A stretch of DNA of 64,000 nucleotides, taken from assembly GCA_964252035.1 (NCBI GenBank), contig OZ176206.1; one strand, written 5' to 3'. The translations under genes and the position numbers were made by a program. Shown here piece by piece: positions 51,801 through 61,144 of the stretch. Positions within the stretch are counted from its first letter, which is position 1. Every line of letters begins with the position of its first letter. This DNA is from Podarcis erhardii. Lineage: Eukaryota. The notes under the pieces are model-generated. The model was not told where the DNA came from. It was given only the letters and a program-made list of their open reading frames with translations, and did not search any database.

Positions 51801-54398
51801 GTGGCAGCTCAGGGGCACCCTCCGCCTCACCCTGTATATCCTCAGCCCAGCATGTGACCCCAGTTGCCTCCCGGCTTGCTGACTCACTCGCTCTGTCCCT
51901 GCAGACAGCAGACATTGGCCTGACTGAGAACTCCGGCGAGAGTGGGCTGCGCTTTGAGATCTGGTTTAGAAGGCGGAAATCGAGTGACACCTACGTCCTG
52001 CAGGCCAGTAGCCCTGAGACCAAGCTGGCCTGGACCAGTGACATTACCAAGATCCTGTGGGAGCAGGCTGCCCGCAATAAAGGTTGGCGTCCGTAAAGCC
52101 CAGGCACCCTCTTCCCTGTGGGATCATTGAATCCTTTCTGTCAGAATTAGTGGCTTGTGGAAGCAATAGCAGGGGCGGCACAGGCAGCTTGTTGGATAGG
52201 GCCTCCAGGTTCTTCTCTGGGCATGACAGTTGCAGACATGAAGTAGGTCATTGGTTCCTGGGATTCTCCATGGAAGCCCCCACTCCCACTAGAGTGATTG
52301 GTCACACGAAATAGAGGTGCTCTGTCTGGTGTCTGAGAGAGGGGGGGCAGTTTGTCGTGCCATATGCAGAAGGGAGGAGAGCTGCAAGTGCCAGCTAGGC
52401 AAGGCCCAGGAGCCCTGGACTTCACTGCACCAGGTGACCCTCCCCAATACTACCAGTTGTTTTTTCCCTGGCTAACATGTAATACCTGGGAGATGCCAGC
52501 AAGATGACTCTCTTGGGAGAGATTAACTAGAGCATTGACAACTGCCTGGGACAAGCTTCTTGGTCTGGCGGTTGCTTTGTCCTTTAGGACTCCTTGTGCC
52601 CAGAGCTGCTTCTCCAGAGGCAGCCAAGCTATGTGACCTGGTTCACCAAATTTGATCTAAGTTGCCCCTTCTACCAGAAATCTGCTTGTCTTGCTAGAGA
52701 CCGAGGCTGGGCTTGGTGGCCCTGAGAACTCACAGAGCTACTTTTTTGTGAGGCTAGGCATGTTCCTCATGGCTGTTGTCACCCCCAGAGATCCGCATGC
52801 AGGAGATGGTGTCCATGGGTGTGGGGAACAAGCCTTTCCTGGACATCAAGCCGAGTGAAGCTGCCATCCATGACCGTGCCATTGATTACATCATGAAAGG
52901 CAGGGGTAAGTCTACCCAACCCTCTCACACCCCAGCTCCCCTCAAGGACCCACGCAGCTGCTATCCAGCTCTTCGTGACTTGCTTCCCCCCTTTTTTTTC
53001 TCTGTGGCAGGAGCCAGGACTCGGGCTTCTATTGCTGTCTCTCTGTTTGACCACGCCAACCCTTACAAGAGGTCGCAAACACCACTGCCTGCTGGCAGCC
53101 CATCCTCCTCCTGCACAGTGCTTGGGCCTCTCAACTTGCACATGTACCTGAACCAGTCTCTGCTGCCCAGCATGCTCTCGACCAGCCACTCCTTGGATGC
53201 GGGCACATGCATAGAGGAGGATGAGATGGAGAACGAGACCAGCAGCCAGCCTTCCATGAGTATGTGTGACCTGTCTCTCTCAGCCCCAGTTCAGAAACCA
53301 TCCTTGCTCTCTAGGAGCAGTTTCTAAAACCATTGTGCGTTGCAGATGGCTTACTTGCTGTTTTGTGATGGTTCCCCAGTTCCAGCTGCCGTAGTTCCTA
53401 AGGACACTGAGCAGAAAGGGAGGGCACTATAAACCGTAGAAATGGGGGCAAGCAGTCCAAGAGGAGAGCCTGGTATGGATCATAAGCTGGTCATTGAGCA
53501 TGGGATGGACAGTCAGAATGTGGCCTAAACTAGAACGTGAAACGGTTGGAAGTGTGTAGAGCATTGCTGTGTCTGCTTCCCAGAAGCTGAGTGGGTTCTT
53601 TGGGGCTGCAGTTTCTTACACATCTGGCTGGGATATACTTCTACCCCTGATGGACTCTTTTGTCTAGTGGCTGAATTTCTTCTTTTTCCCCCCAGCGACT
53701 GAGAGCTCAGAATCCTCCTCCCAGTGCATGTCCAGGAGTGGCTCCAGTGGCTCCGACAGTGGCTGCGTATCCAGTGCTCCCCAGGAGAGCTTCTGTGAAG
53801 ACCTTGGCTCACCCCTCCCCATCCCCGAAGGCTCTGCTTTTCCCTCCCCCACAGAGCAGAAAACCTGTTTCCCCAAAAGCCAGTATGTTTCAGCGGTAAG
53901 TGGACAGGACCTTGCCAATGTGCCCAAGGGATCCAGGTCATAGAATCACTAGTCCTCCCTGCCTTGCTCAGGGAACCTCAGCCCTGTCTGTGGCCTTGAC
54001 ACTCTATCCTTCCAACAGACCATGGGAAGCCAACTTGAGCCATTTCCGTAAAACAAAGTGTGTGAGGCCCCACTTTAGAAATCAGCTGTTGGGGTTGGGA
54101 GACTGGGAGTTTTCCTTAGTGGAATACAGGTAGCCCTTGGGATGCAGCTGAACTATCAGTTCTCATCATTCTTGGCTGGAGTTGATGGGAGGTGGATCCA
54201 GCTCCTGGGCTAGAGATGGGTGGGGTGGGGTGGGGTGGGCAGGATCCTTGGTTTGCAGGTGCTTGTGGCACATGCTGCTCCTCTGGCCCACACTAAGCAG
54301 GATTGAGGGGGGGGAGCCAGTCCTTCCTTTCACCATGGATGTATGTAAGAATCTCCCAGAGTCCCCTGATCATGGATGATGCTGTGTTTCAGGTCTAA
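6627..54398 (+). CDS. PLEKHG4: PLEKHG4 / puratrophin-1 RhoGEF, whole spliced CDS (23 exons, 5763 nt, ~1920 aa)
   Basis: All exons below join in frame with GT-AG. DH and PH domains, C-terminal [16 protein letters not shown] and a DWRY/FAxCS motif match human PLEKHG4 as recalled; convergent KCTD19 neighbour favours PLEKHG4 over PLEKHG4B/ARHGEF40. Confidence 0.9.
9700..10320 (-). mobile_element. CR1 LINE 3' fragment, degenerate
   Basis: Minus strand reads [33 protein letters not shown] with nearby stops; typical CR1 ORF2 C-terminus. Confidence 0.85.
11127..11144 (+). promoter_or_regulatory. CTCF motif
   Basis: CTGCCACTAGATGGTGCC preceded by TGCAGT (resembles the upstream module). Confidence 0.6.
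12203..12300 (-). mobile_element. CR1 3' end
   Basis: AGAATCATAGAAT...AGAGTTGGAAGGGAC...GGTCATCTAGTCCAACCCCCTGC; similar copy at ~38228-38300. Confidence 0.75.
15760..15824. repeat. Compound (CT)n(CA)n microsatellite
   Basis: Seen directly. Confidence 0.98.
16056..16303 (+). mobile_element. hAT-type MITE with 8-bp TSD
   Basis: CAGGGGTCAGCAAAC...GCCTACCCATG; flanks GCTTTAAT / GCTTAAAT. Confidence 0.88.
20594..20791 (+). CDS. PLEKHG4: Exon 2 ([32 protein letters not shown]...QQDAC)
   Basis: TTGGCAG|GAT ... TGT|GTGAGT; 66 codons; matches the ARHGEF40/KIAA1755/PLEKHG4B N-terminal LYPPFE motif. Confidence 0.92.
22675..24634 (+). CDS. PLEKHG4: Exon 3, giant exon ([16 protein letters not shown]...GDQVVT)
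   Basis: TTCCTTCAG|GTC ... ACAG|GTAGGA; lies in the 667-aa ORF; HEGWPLC/GDFYLQ/VPW motifs; phase 0 to 1. Confidence 0.9.
25255..25415. mobile_element. Palindromic MITE-like element
   Basis: Arms ATGGTTTGGCTTAGCATGTTGTCTGAACCCAAGCTT / AAGCCTGGGTCCAGACAACATGCAAAGCCAAATCAT. Confidence 0.75.
28026..28241 (+). CDS. PLEKHG4: Exon 4 (...[17 protein letters not shown])
   Basis: TTTTACAG|AA ... CCAG|GTAATA; resembles human DLCWELLASGMATLPG; the 5' boundary is less certain. Confidence 0.8.
29841..29964 (+). CDS. PLEKHG4: Exon 5, Sec14-like region ([11 protein letters not shown]...LLLYLRSVL)
   Basis: TTCACAG|GC ... CAG|GTTTGT; phase 1 to 2. Confidence 0.92.
30689..30787 (+). mobile_element. L2 3' terminus running into the gap
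   Basis: GGAAGTCGCCCAGAGTGGCTGGGGAAACCCAACCAGATGGGTAGGGTAT(ATT)n(GTT)n, reverse complement of the other L2 tails. Confidence 0.85.
30788..30920. other. Assembly gap (133 N)
   Basis: Run of N. Confidence 1.
31772..31865 (+). CDS. PLEKHG4: Exon 6 ([17 protein letters not shown]...VLQ)
   Basis: TTCCAG|G ... CAG|GTGAGG. Confidence 0.92.
32156..32242 (+). CDS. PLEKHG4: Exon 7 ([16 protein letters not shown]...IQ)
   Basis: TTTCAG|GAT ... CAG|GTATGA. Confidence 0.9.
33473..33720. mobile_element. Degenerate Tc1/mariner-type MITE
   Basis: TA-CAGGTACCTCAGAAGTC ... GACTTCCGAAGTACGATTG-TA. Confidence 0.75.
34080..34290 (-). mobile_element. CR1 3' fragment
   Basis: Similar to the 9750-9930 CR1 tail (CATAGCCATCATGGC...TGTGTGAAAAAGTCCTTTCTTTT). 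Confidence 0.7.
34470..34586 (+). CDS. PLEKHG4: Exon 8 ([14 protein letters not shown]...[12 protein letters not shown])
   Basis: CCTCAG|TGG ... ATG|GTGAGT. Confidence 0.92.
34784..34882 (+). CDS. PLEKHG4: Exon 9 (RLEHLLHGC...EKAE)
   Basis: TTTCAG|CGC ... GAG|GTGAGT. Confidence 0.92.
35555..35703 (+). CDS. PLEKHG4: Exon 10 (EADALLKSY...TLTEDYR)
   Basis: TCTCAG|GAG ... AG|GTGAGT. Confidence 0.92.
37507..37855. mobile_element. hAT-type MITE, degenerate
   Basis: CAGGGATGGGGAA start, internal GAGGGCCACATT motif twice, degenerate right end. Confidence 0.6.
37860..38160 (-). mobile_element. CR1 fragment
   Basis: Antisense of CR1 ORF2 (AGGCTGTAACCTTTCCTCATAAGGGAG...GATCATTTT). Confidence 0.7.
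38705..38721 (-). promoter_or_regulatory. CTCF motif
   Basis: Minus strand AGGCCAGCAGGGGGCAA. Confidence 0.55.
39910..40048 (+). CDS. PLEKHG4: Exon 11 ([33 protein letters not shown]...)
   Basis: TTTCAG|A ... GAG|GTTTGT; spectrin-like helical region. Confidence 0.92.
40989..41111 (+). CDS. PLEKHG4: Exon 12 (VSRWMENVG...ELIAS)
   Basis: TTGTAG|GTC ... AGT|GTAAGT. Confidence 0.92.
41790..42255. repeat. AT-rich interspersed repeat, unclassified; related sequence at ~62050-62310
   Basis: Both loci share a CAGTTCTCCACATT...CAGCA..TTAGTG..AAT...CCTAAT...CATT layout. Classification needs a library search. Confidence 0.5.
43536..43730 (+). CDS. PLEKHG4: Exon 13 (EYCRRGW...LYEFFDQ)
   Basis: TTCCAG|GAA ... 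CAG|GTGAGT. Confidence 0.92.
45950..46140 (+). mobile_element. CR1 3' end
   Basis: GGTAGTGGACTCTCCTTCACTGGAG...TTTAAACAGAGGTTGG...GATGACCC...CAACTCTGTGATTCT. Confidence 0.8.
47438..47691 (-). mobile_element. hAT-type MITE, inverted copy of 16056-16303
   Basis: Shares ATGCATCTCTGGGTTATTTGTGGG and CTGAAAAAGGTTGCTGACCCC as reverse complements; no clear TSD. Confidence 0.88.
47711..47727 (-). promoter_or_regulatory. CTCF motif
   Basis: Minus strand TGCCACCAGAGGGCGCC, near-consensus. Confidence 0.65.
48389..49161 (+). CDS. PLEKHG4: Exon 14 ([12 protein letters not shown]...RKAQSFD...[11 protein letters not shown]...)
   Basis: CTACAG|GCC ... AG|GTAGGT; lies in the 287-aa ORF. Confidence 0.92.
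49667..49916 (+). CDS. PLEKHG4: Exon 15, DH domain start ([17 protein letters not shown]...CFLRH)
   Basis: TTGCAG|C ... CAT|GTAAGG; classic DH CR1 TE..YV motif. Confidence 0.96.
50420..50509 (+). CDS. PLEKHG4: Exon 16, DH ([18 protein letters not shown]...FFR)
   Basis: TTGCAG|AAA ... AGG|GTAAGT. Confidence 0.95.
50624..50848 (+). CDS. PLEKHG4: Exon 17, DH ([26 protein letters not shown]...CD)
   Basis: CTCCAG|CTC ... GAT|GTGAGT; CR3 LLKPIQR motif. Confidence 0.96.
51205..51375 (+). CDS. PLEKHG4: Exon 18, PH ([15 protein letters not shown]...YKRSFK)
   Basis: GCCCAG|GTG ... AAG|GTAAGG. Confidence 0.96.
51905..52082 (+). CDS. PLEKHG4: Exon 19, PH (TADIGLTEN...FEIWFRRRK...ARNK)
   Basis: CTGCAG|ACA ... 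AAAG|GTTGGC. Confidence 0.96.
52789..52905 (+). CDS. PLEKHG4: Exon 20 ([23 protein letters not shown]...)
   Basis: CCCCAG|AG ... AGGG|GTAAGT. Confidence 0.95.
53011..53259 (+). CDS. PLEKHG4: Exon 21 ([15 protein letters not shown]...[10 protein letters not shown]...QPSM)
   Basis: TGGCAG|GA ... ATGA|GTATGT. Confidence 0.92.
53696..53895 (+). CDS. PLEKHG4: Exon 22 ([27 protein letters not shown]...SQYVSA)
   Basis: CCCCAG|CG ... GCG|GTAAGT; unspliced read-through stops at 53943. Confidence 0.9.
54393..54398 (+). CDS. PLEKHG4: Putative exon 23 coding part: Val + stop
   Basis: GTGTTTCAG|GTC TAA with a CTGAT branch-like motif at 54366-54370; gives C-terminal ...SQYVSAV*. Confidence 0.6.
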   Translation, partial: V

Positions 54399-56106
54399 AC
54401 GCTGGTTTCCATGATGTTTCTCAGGAGACAAGAAGAAGGAACCTGTGTATGTCCCCACACAGCACCCAGGAGCCCATAATAGTAGTGGAAAATATTAAGC
54501 AATTAACTAGACTGAGCCACAGCACTGGACATGAAAATGCCCTTGTTTGTGTGACTGAATTGTGGAGTGGGTTGAGTGCCCCCAGTGCAGGTGTGAGTTC
54601 CTGCTGCCTTCTGCTGCTGTTTCACAAGGCAGCCCAGGGACTGGGGCTGGGTAGCCACAGTGAGCAGCAGCAGTGAAAGGTTTGGGTGCCATTGTTGAGG
54701 GAGGTGGTTTAGGGAGGCAGTTGTCAAGTTTTGGTGGTCCTGATGTGGCTATGGATAGAGAAACAACTGTACGTTGAGGGTATGGATCAGAGAGATAGGT
54801 GTTGGCTGGTCACTTGTCTTTTTTACAGTTGACTTGCTTTGTTCCACAAGCTGCACATTTAGGAAAAAAACTTTTTCAAAGGGCAGAATAAAGAAACAAA
54901 GTATTTATTTTTTGAAAAAAGAGTAACCTCCTTTGTTATCCAGGCCAGTTCTTTGTATAGGTTTGCCTGGTCTTGAGATAATTTATTTCCTTGTTCTTAC
55001 CACTAATTGCTTCATTAGCAGATTCCACAGGTGCCTCAGAGCCAAGTTGTCACTAGAAGAGTTGTTTCTTTCCGTTCATTGTTAGGAAACTAAATTAATC
55101 CACAGGGCAGCACTTACAGGGGTGGGGGTCTGAATATGCAGTGGAATGAGGGGGTGAAATCCAGAGGCATCAGAATGGGCAATGACATTGCAGAGGGCAA
55201 GTAAGAGAAAAACATTTTAACATTTATTGAATTTTGCACAAAAAATAGTCCATGAACATAGAAAGCTAGCACAGCAGGTAAGAGCCTAATCATAGAGTTT
55301 TCTTCCTGCTGTGCTAGTTTTTAACCCGCAGGGAGCTTTCCCATTGGGGGAGCATTCTAAAATGGGAGTTCTCATTTGCTATCTGAAGTGTTATATCTTA
55401 TTCTGCTTCATGTGTAGACCAAGCTGTTAAGCATTTCTGAACCTCCAGCTGGGATCCGACCCAAGGGACAGTGGTCAGCCTCCTTTGACTTCTTAAGGGG
55501 AAATAATGCACTTGAGTTCACAGTGATCTGCCTGCCAAGGCAAGTCAGGAACAGGTCATTGCTAGCAGAGGCAGTTCTGACTCTAAGCCATTTCTGCCAA
55601 ACTAGCTGAGGCAATTTTCTGAACCTCAAGCATCTGGAAGCCAGGCAGTGCTGGAATTGTGTGCCACACAGTTCTCTGCTGTTGTGCTTCTGTTTCTGGC
55701 TTTAGTCCACAAGTGCCTCTCCCTTGCCTCCCATTTACTACCCATATTCTAAAACCCATGAGCTGTAAATATAACCCTTATTTTACATTTATTTAATGAA
55801 CTGAATTTCTTTAGCCCACCCTCCACAAAGAATGGAATACCAGAGCTCTTTGGTATAATATCACCTGCAGCACTGCTGGAAAGGGATGACTTTAGAAACT
55901 TCCAAGTAATGTTTCTTGGTTAATATGACTTTGACTTTTATAAACAAAGCATTTCCCAGAAAACTGGAGGAAGCCTGGGATCAATTTTGGATGAATCAGT
56001 ATCTGGAATTACTTGTGCTGGGCAGTTTTTTTCATTGCTGGAAAAAAATCCTTAATGTATGCCTGCCTGGCACCAATGTTATGTTCAAAGTTTGACTGAA
56101 TTACTT

Positions 56107-56112
56107 AATAAA
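56107..56112 (+). terminator. PLEKHG4: Candidate PLEKHG4 polyadenylation signal
   Basis: AATAAA with upstream TGTA and T-rich sequence downstream; alternatives at 54887 and 58405. Confidence 0.45.
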
Positions 56113-56933
56113 AGTTGTTTCTTCCAGTACATTTTAGCTTGATTGCATGTGATCATTTCTAAGAGCTTTTGACTATTCTCATCACAAGATCTGACTAATT
56201 TTGCTTTTGCAATTCCATATGGGTAGAGATATTTTGACATTATGAAAGCACCTGTACAATAGAGGAAGAACAGCATTTTAAACTCAAAATGCTGAAAACT
56301 GAAAACTGAAAGGAAAGTGAAGTGGCTTTGCTCAAGTTTAAGTGGTTTTGAGTCTGCTGACGTGTGATATAAAAATTAATTTAGCCCAATAAGGCTGATG
56401 GCTGTTCATCAACACACACGAAAGACTGAGCAAAACTATTTCCCCTCCCTAAGTTTGCAAAAACAAAATGGGAAAGAGAGTGAGAGGAAAATATTTTGAA
56501 ACATCCTTCCCTGCCTTGATCCTGCTCCTCAGTACTTCAAACCCAGGTTGACTGGGCAGCAGCAAAAATAGGCATCACAGGTTGGCTGTAGGGAGGCTTC
56601 TCTGAAAGTGCAATTATTATTATGAAACATCTTTATTATATTGTCATATTTAAACTGCAAATAATAAATGCAGTGTTAAAAAAACATACCATAGCCCTGC
56701 CTGGACCGTTCCTTTCAGTTAATTCTCTAATCCCCTTACAAAACCATCTATGGAAGTAGCTTATGCAGCAGGAGCCAGGATTTCTGCCAGTGGGTGGCTT
56801 GGATTTGACTGATGTGCAGGGAAGAGAGAGAAGAAAAGGCACACCTATCCACTCTGAGAAGAAGCTTCAGCTGCAACCCTTACGTACACACTGGGAGTAA
56901 GTCCCATTACAATCAGCTGAACTTACTTCCGAG

Positions 56934-58268
56934 TAATAATAATTTATAATAATAATTTATTATTTATACCCTGCCCATCTGGCTGGGCCTCCCCAGCCAC
57001 TCTGGGTGGCTTCCATAGAAACCAAAAATACAGTAAAATATCACACGTTAAAAACTTCCCTGAACAGGGCTGCCTTAAGATGTCTTCTGAATGTCAGGTA
57101 GTTGTTTATCGCTTTGACATCTGCTGGAAGGGCGTTCCACAGGGCGGGCGCCACTACTGAGAAGGCCCTCTGCCTGGTTCCCTGTAGCTTTGCTTCTCGC
57201 AATGAGGAAACCGCCAGAAGGCCCTCGGCGCTGGCCCTCAGCGTCCGGGCAGAACGATGGGGGTGGAGACGCTCCTTCAGGTATACTGGACCGAGGCCGT
57301 TTAGGGCTTTAAAGGTCAGCACCAAGACTTTGAATTGTGCTCGGAAACGTACTGGGAGCCAATGTAGGTCTTTCAAGACCGGTGTTATATGGTCTCGGCG
57401 GCCACCCCCAGTCACCAGTCTAGCTGCCACATTCTGGATTAGTTGTAGTTTCCGAGTCACCTTCAAAGGTAGCCCCACGTAGAGTGCATTGCAGTAGTCC
57501 AAGCGGGAGATAACCAGAGCATGCACCACTCTGGCGAGACAGTCCGCAGGCAGATAGGGTCTCAGCCTACGTACCAGATGGAGCTGGTAAACAGCTGCCC
57601 TGGACACAGATTTGACCTGTGTCTCCATGGACAGCTGTGAGTCCAAAATGACTCCCAGGCTGCGCACCTGGTACTTCAGAGGCACAGTTACCCCATTCAG
57701 GACCAGGGAATCCTCCACACCTGCCCGCCTCCTGTCCCCCCAAAACAGTACTTCTGTCTTGTCAGGATTCAACCTCAATCTGTTAGCCGCCATCCATCCT
57801 CCAACCGCCTCCAGACACTCACACAGGACCTTCACCGCCTTCACTGGTTCTGATTTAAAAGAGAGGTAGAGCTGGGTATCATCCGCATACTGATGAACAC
57901 CCAGCCCAAACCTCCTGATGATCTCTCCCAGCGGCTGCATGTAAATGTTGAAAAGCATGGGGGAGAGGACAGAACCCTGAGGCACCCCACAAGTGAGAGC
58001 CCAGGGGTCTGAACACTCATCCCCCACCACCACTTTCTGAACACGGCCCAGGAGGAAGGAGCGGAACCACTGTATGACAGTGCCCCCAGCTCCCAGCCCC
58101 TCAAGAAAGTCCAGAAGGATGTTATGGTCGATGGTATCAAACGCCGCTGAGAGATCCAGCAGAACTAGGAAACAGCTCTCACCTTTGTCCCTAGCCCGCC
58201 GGAGATCATCAACCAGTGCGACCAAGGCAGTTTCAGTCCCATGATGAGGCCTGAATCCTGACTGGATT
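56934..58268 (-). mobile_element. 5'-truncated L2 LINE with uninterrupted reverse-transcriptase ORF (394 aa, 57041-58225)
   Basis: LLDLSAAFDTIDH, GVPQGSVLSP, YADDTQLY, RLDYCN, HITPVLKDLHWLPV motifs; (TAA)n-type tail at ~56934-56960. Confidence 0.95.
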
Positions 58269-59044
58269 CCTTTCCCTACAAGCCTTTCAAGAGAACATTT
58301 TTATCCCAGTCTGCATATGCATTGGACCTGAACTTGTTTCTTATATAGGTATTAATGGGTGGTGTTTTTATTGTTCAGTCATTTCAGGAGTGATCTATTA
58401 ATGAAATAAATAAAGACACTGAACACAGAAAGCTAGCAAATTGATTACAAAGCCATGTGTATGCCCTATAAAAGTGAAATGGAAATTCCAGAGTTAAACT
58501 CCTTGTGTAAAAGGTGTGTATGTGTCGTAATCAGTCCAGCTAGAAGGACACCCAAACAGGTGGCCAGTTGTGACATGAAGTGTGCTGCAGCTCTGCCCTG
58601 TAAGACCGTCAAGGGGACAGGCCAGAGCAGGAACGTTGAAAGAGACTCCACCATGAGGCCCTACCTGTGCCTTGGAAGGCTCCCACTGAAGCAGAAGAAG
58701 CCAGAGGGGTGCAGGTGGCCTCTTTGCAGCAGGCTCACTCAGGCAAGAGAGCAAGTTGCCCCTTATTGAGGAAATATGGGACTTGGGGGCTTGCTGGAGG
58801 GATGCTGTCTGCCCTGCATCCTGCTGCAAGTAAGAGGGGAGAACTTATACGCTGTCTCTTTTGGGCCCCTTTCACACATTACACAGAGCAACTCACTAAG
58901 GTAGCAGAATTCAGAACTGTATCACTTCAGACAGCAGCGCAGGCAAATGAAGGCCCCTACTCTGTGGGCAGAGAATTTAGAACTTCTCCCTGTGTGCCAC
59001 TTTAATACCCCCACTAAGTTTCTACATGGCTCCTGTTGCCAGTA

Positions 59045-59330
59045 GACGAAAAGAATCCGTTCCGCGATTCTCTTCATTAGCGGTTTATGTGAGATTCCGC
59101 GATTCTCTTAATTAGTGGTTTATCGGCTTTTAGCGGTTTATTGGCTTAGCGGATAAGCGGATTAGAAAAAGGGGGGGAGGGGAAAAAACCCGCAGGAACT
59201 CGCAAGACATTTTCGTCTTGCGAAGCAAGCCCATAGGAAATTCGTTTTGCGAAGCACCTCCAAAACGGAAAACTCTTTCGTCTAGCGAGTTTTCTGTCTT
59301 GCGAGGCATTCGTCTTGCGGGGCACCACTG
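59045..59330. mobile_element. One-ended Tc1/mariner-type MITE
   Basis: Ends GGGGCACCACTG-TA; repeated GTCTTGCG and TTCCGCGATTCTCTT units; the other TIR is not seen. Confidence 0.8.
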
Positions 59331-59389
59331 TACACATGAAGGGAGCAGCTGATTTATCTGGACGGTGGAAACAAAGGATTTCAGTTTTA

Positions 59390-59503
59390 TTAAGGTTTCT
59401 GTAAATATTTCCCTATGACAAAATGAGAGAGTGATTGAAAGTAACCTTTTTTTATGAGCAGGTCAATGCAGCAACTGTACTTCCAGGCAAATGGCAGAGT
59501 AAA
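59390..59503 (-). CDS. KCTD19: KCTD19 last coding exon (FTLPFAWKYSCCIDLLIKKGYFQSLSHFVIGKYLQKP*)
   Basis: CCCTTTCAG acceptor; matches recalled human [37 protein letters not shown]. Not in the ORF track. Confidence 0.9.
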   Translation of the reverse strand, partial: FTLPFAWKYSCCIDLLIKKGYFQSLSHFVIGKYLQKP

Positions 59504-61144
59504 CTGAAAGGGAAAAACAAATAGGCTAGCAACAGCTCAAGGAGTGGCAATGACATTCTCCCTTCAGGGTTCAGTTGTTGAAACAGCTGCCAGACCCTCA
59601 GAGCTGAAGCAGAGGCACTTTTAGGGTAGCGCAACTGGTTCAGCCATGCTGCAGGGGGCGCCACAACAATGCTGTAGAACAGAGTGTGAGAGGTGGGGGG
59701 GGGGTCAGCAATTTTTAGTGTCACACAGGGTGTCACTGAAATTTGAGAGCCCAAAGTCCATCACTGGCTGAAGTGTGTGTGTCCAGATAGAAGGCCACCC
59801 AAACTCAGGAGACACGTGCTTAAAATTTAGAAGTTACTCCCTCCACTGCAGGTCAGGATTAAAGATGGACTTGGGCATGAAAAGGTTGAATGCAATTTAG
59901 TAATTGTATGCAAACATCTTCAATGAGGCACAAATCCAAGGTGATTCCCTTTGCTTCAGAAGTATTCAGACTCCCTGAGAATCAAAAGTTATTCCCAAAC
60001 AGTCTGTGGCAAAGCAAACCGGCCCCCCAAGCATCAGAACCACCTCAAAGCCTTGGAAGGGTGTTCCCATCCACCTAATCTGATACATTTTGTACCTCAA
60101 CGTCTGCAAAAATGGGAAATGCTAGAGAAGGTGGAGGGGTGAGGGAGAGGAGTCGGTATGCAGTTCTGTTTTGAATTGGGAAACGCTTTTACTGGAGCTA
60201 TTTTTTACTTCCAATCGCAAGTACTGTTGGGAGGGTCACAGAAGAAACAGATCTCAAGCTGTTTCTCTGCTCTTTGTGGCTGGCTTTGGCAGCATTCAAG
60301 GGCCCTGTGGCTCCAAAAACAGCTTGAGGACCACAACTAACAGGGAGATGGTGTGTGTCCCCACTTTCTGAACCAATGTCTGCCCTCCACAGCATCTCCC
60401 CAGGAACGCTGGTTAGTGGACAAGAAAGGTGTACCTAGGATAGTTTGGGCCAGGTCCTCCTGACACCCCTGGATGTGGATGGTCCAGCAGAACAACAGGC
60501 TTACTGGCCACCTTCTTCACCTGTTCCACTAGCTAGTGCACGGTGGTCCAACACGCAGCCCTTGAGGCTTTTTTTGGTAGCCCTCAGCAACATTTGACAC
60601 ACACCCCAGCCCTCATGCCACTTTCCCAAAACCAGGTAAGCAAGGCACTGGGCTTTGAGAAGGAGGTGTGAGGGCCCCATAGGGCAAAGGGATCCTTAAA
60701 AAAAGAAACTTTACAGGTTCCCCTTGCCAAAATAAAAAACCCTGCACCCATTTACCTGACATATAGACTTTCAAATTTCATCCAATTCTTCTAAGAAATA
60801 AAAGTGACATACATTTGTTGATGCTGTCTTTTAAAGAACACTCACAGTGAAAAGTAAGCACTCAATAAAAGTGAAATCCTGAACCAATTTGGCAGAGTTC
60901 ATATCCTCAGAATGAGCTCCTGTGCCTGCAAATTTCACTCAGCTCTGCTCAAACATTAACCTGTTATCCAAGCTGACACTGTGGGTTCTGAGGCTCTCCC
61001 TCCTCCCTCCCCCCCCCCCCCAGCCCTTCCATTCAATCAAATGGAGGAAGTCACAAAACAAGCAGCGAGAGCCTGGTCTTTCTGGGTCAGCAGCAGTCCC
61101 TGTCCTCCACTACAAAAGGAAGCAAATCAATAGTTTGCACTTAC

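Noticed and set aside
60198-60395. SLRSVSSVTL as candidate KCTD19 last exon
   Set aside because: The true match is the exon at 59390-59503.
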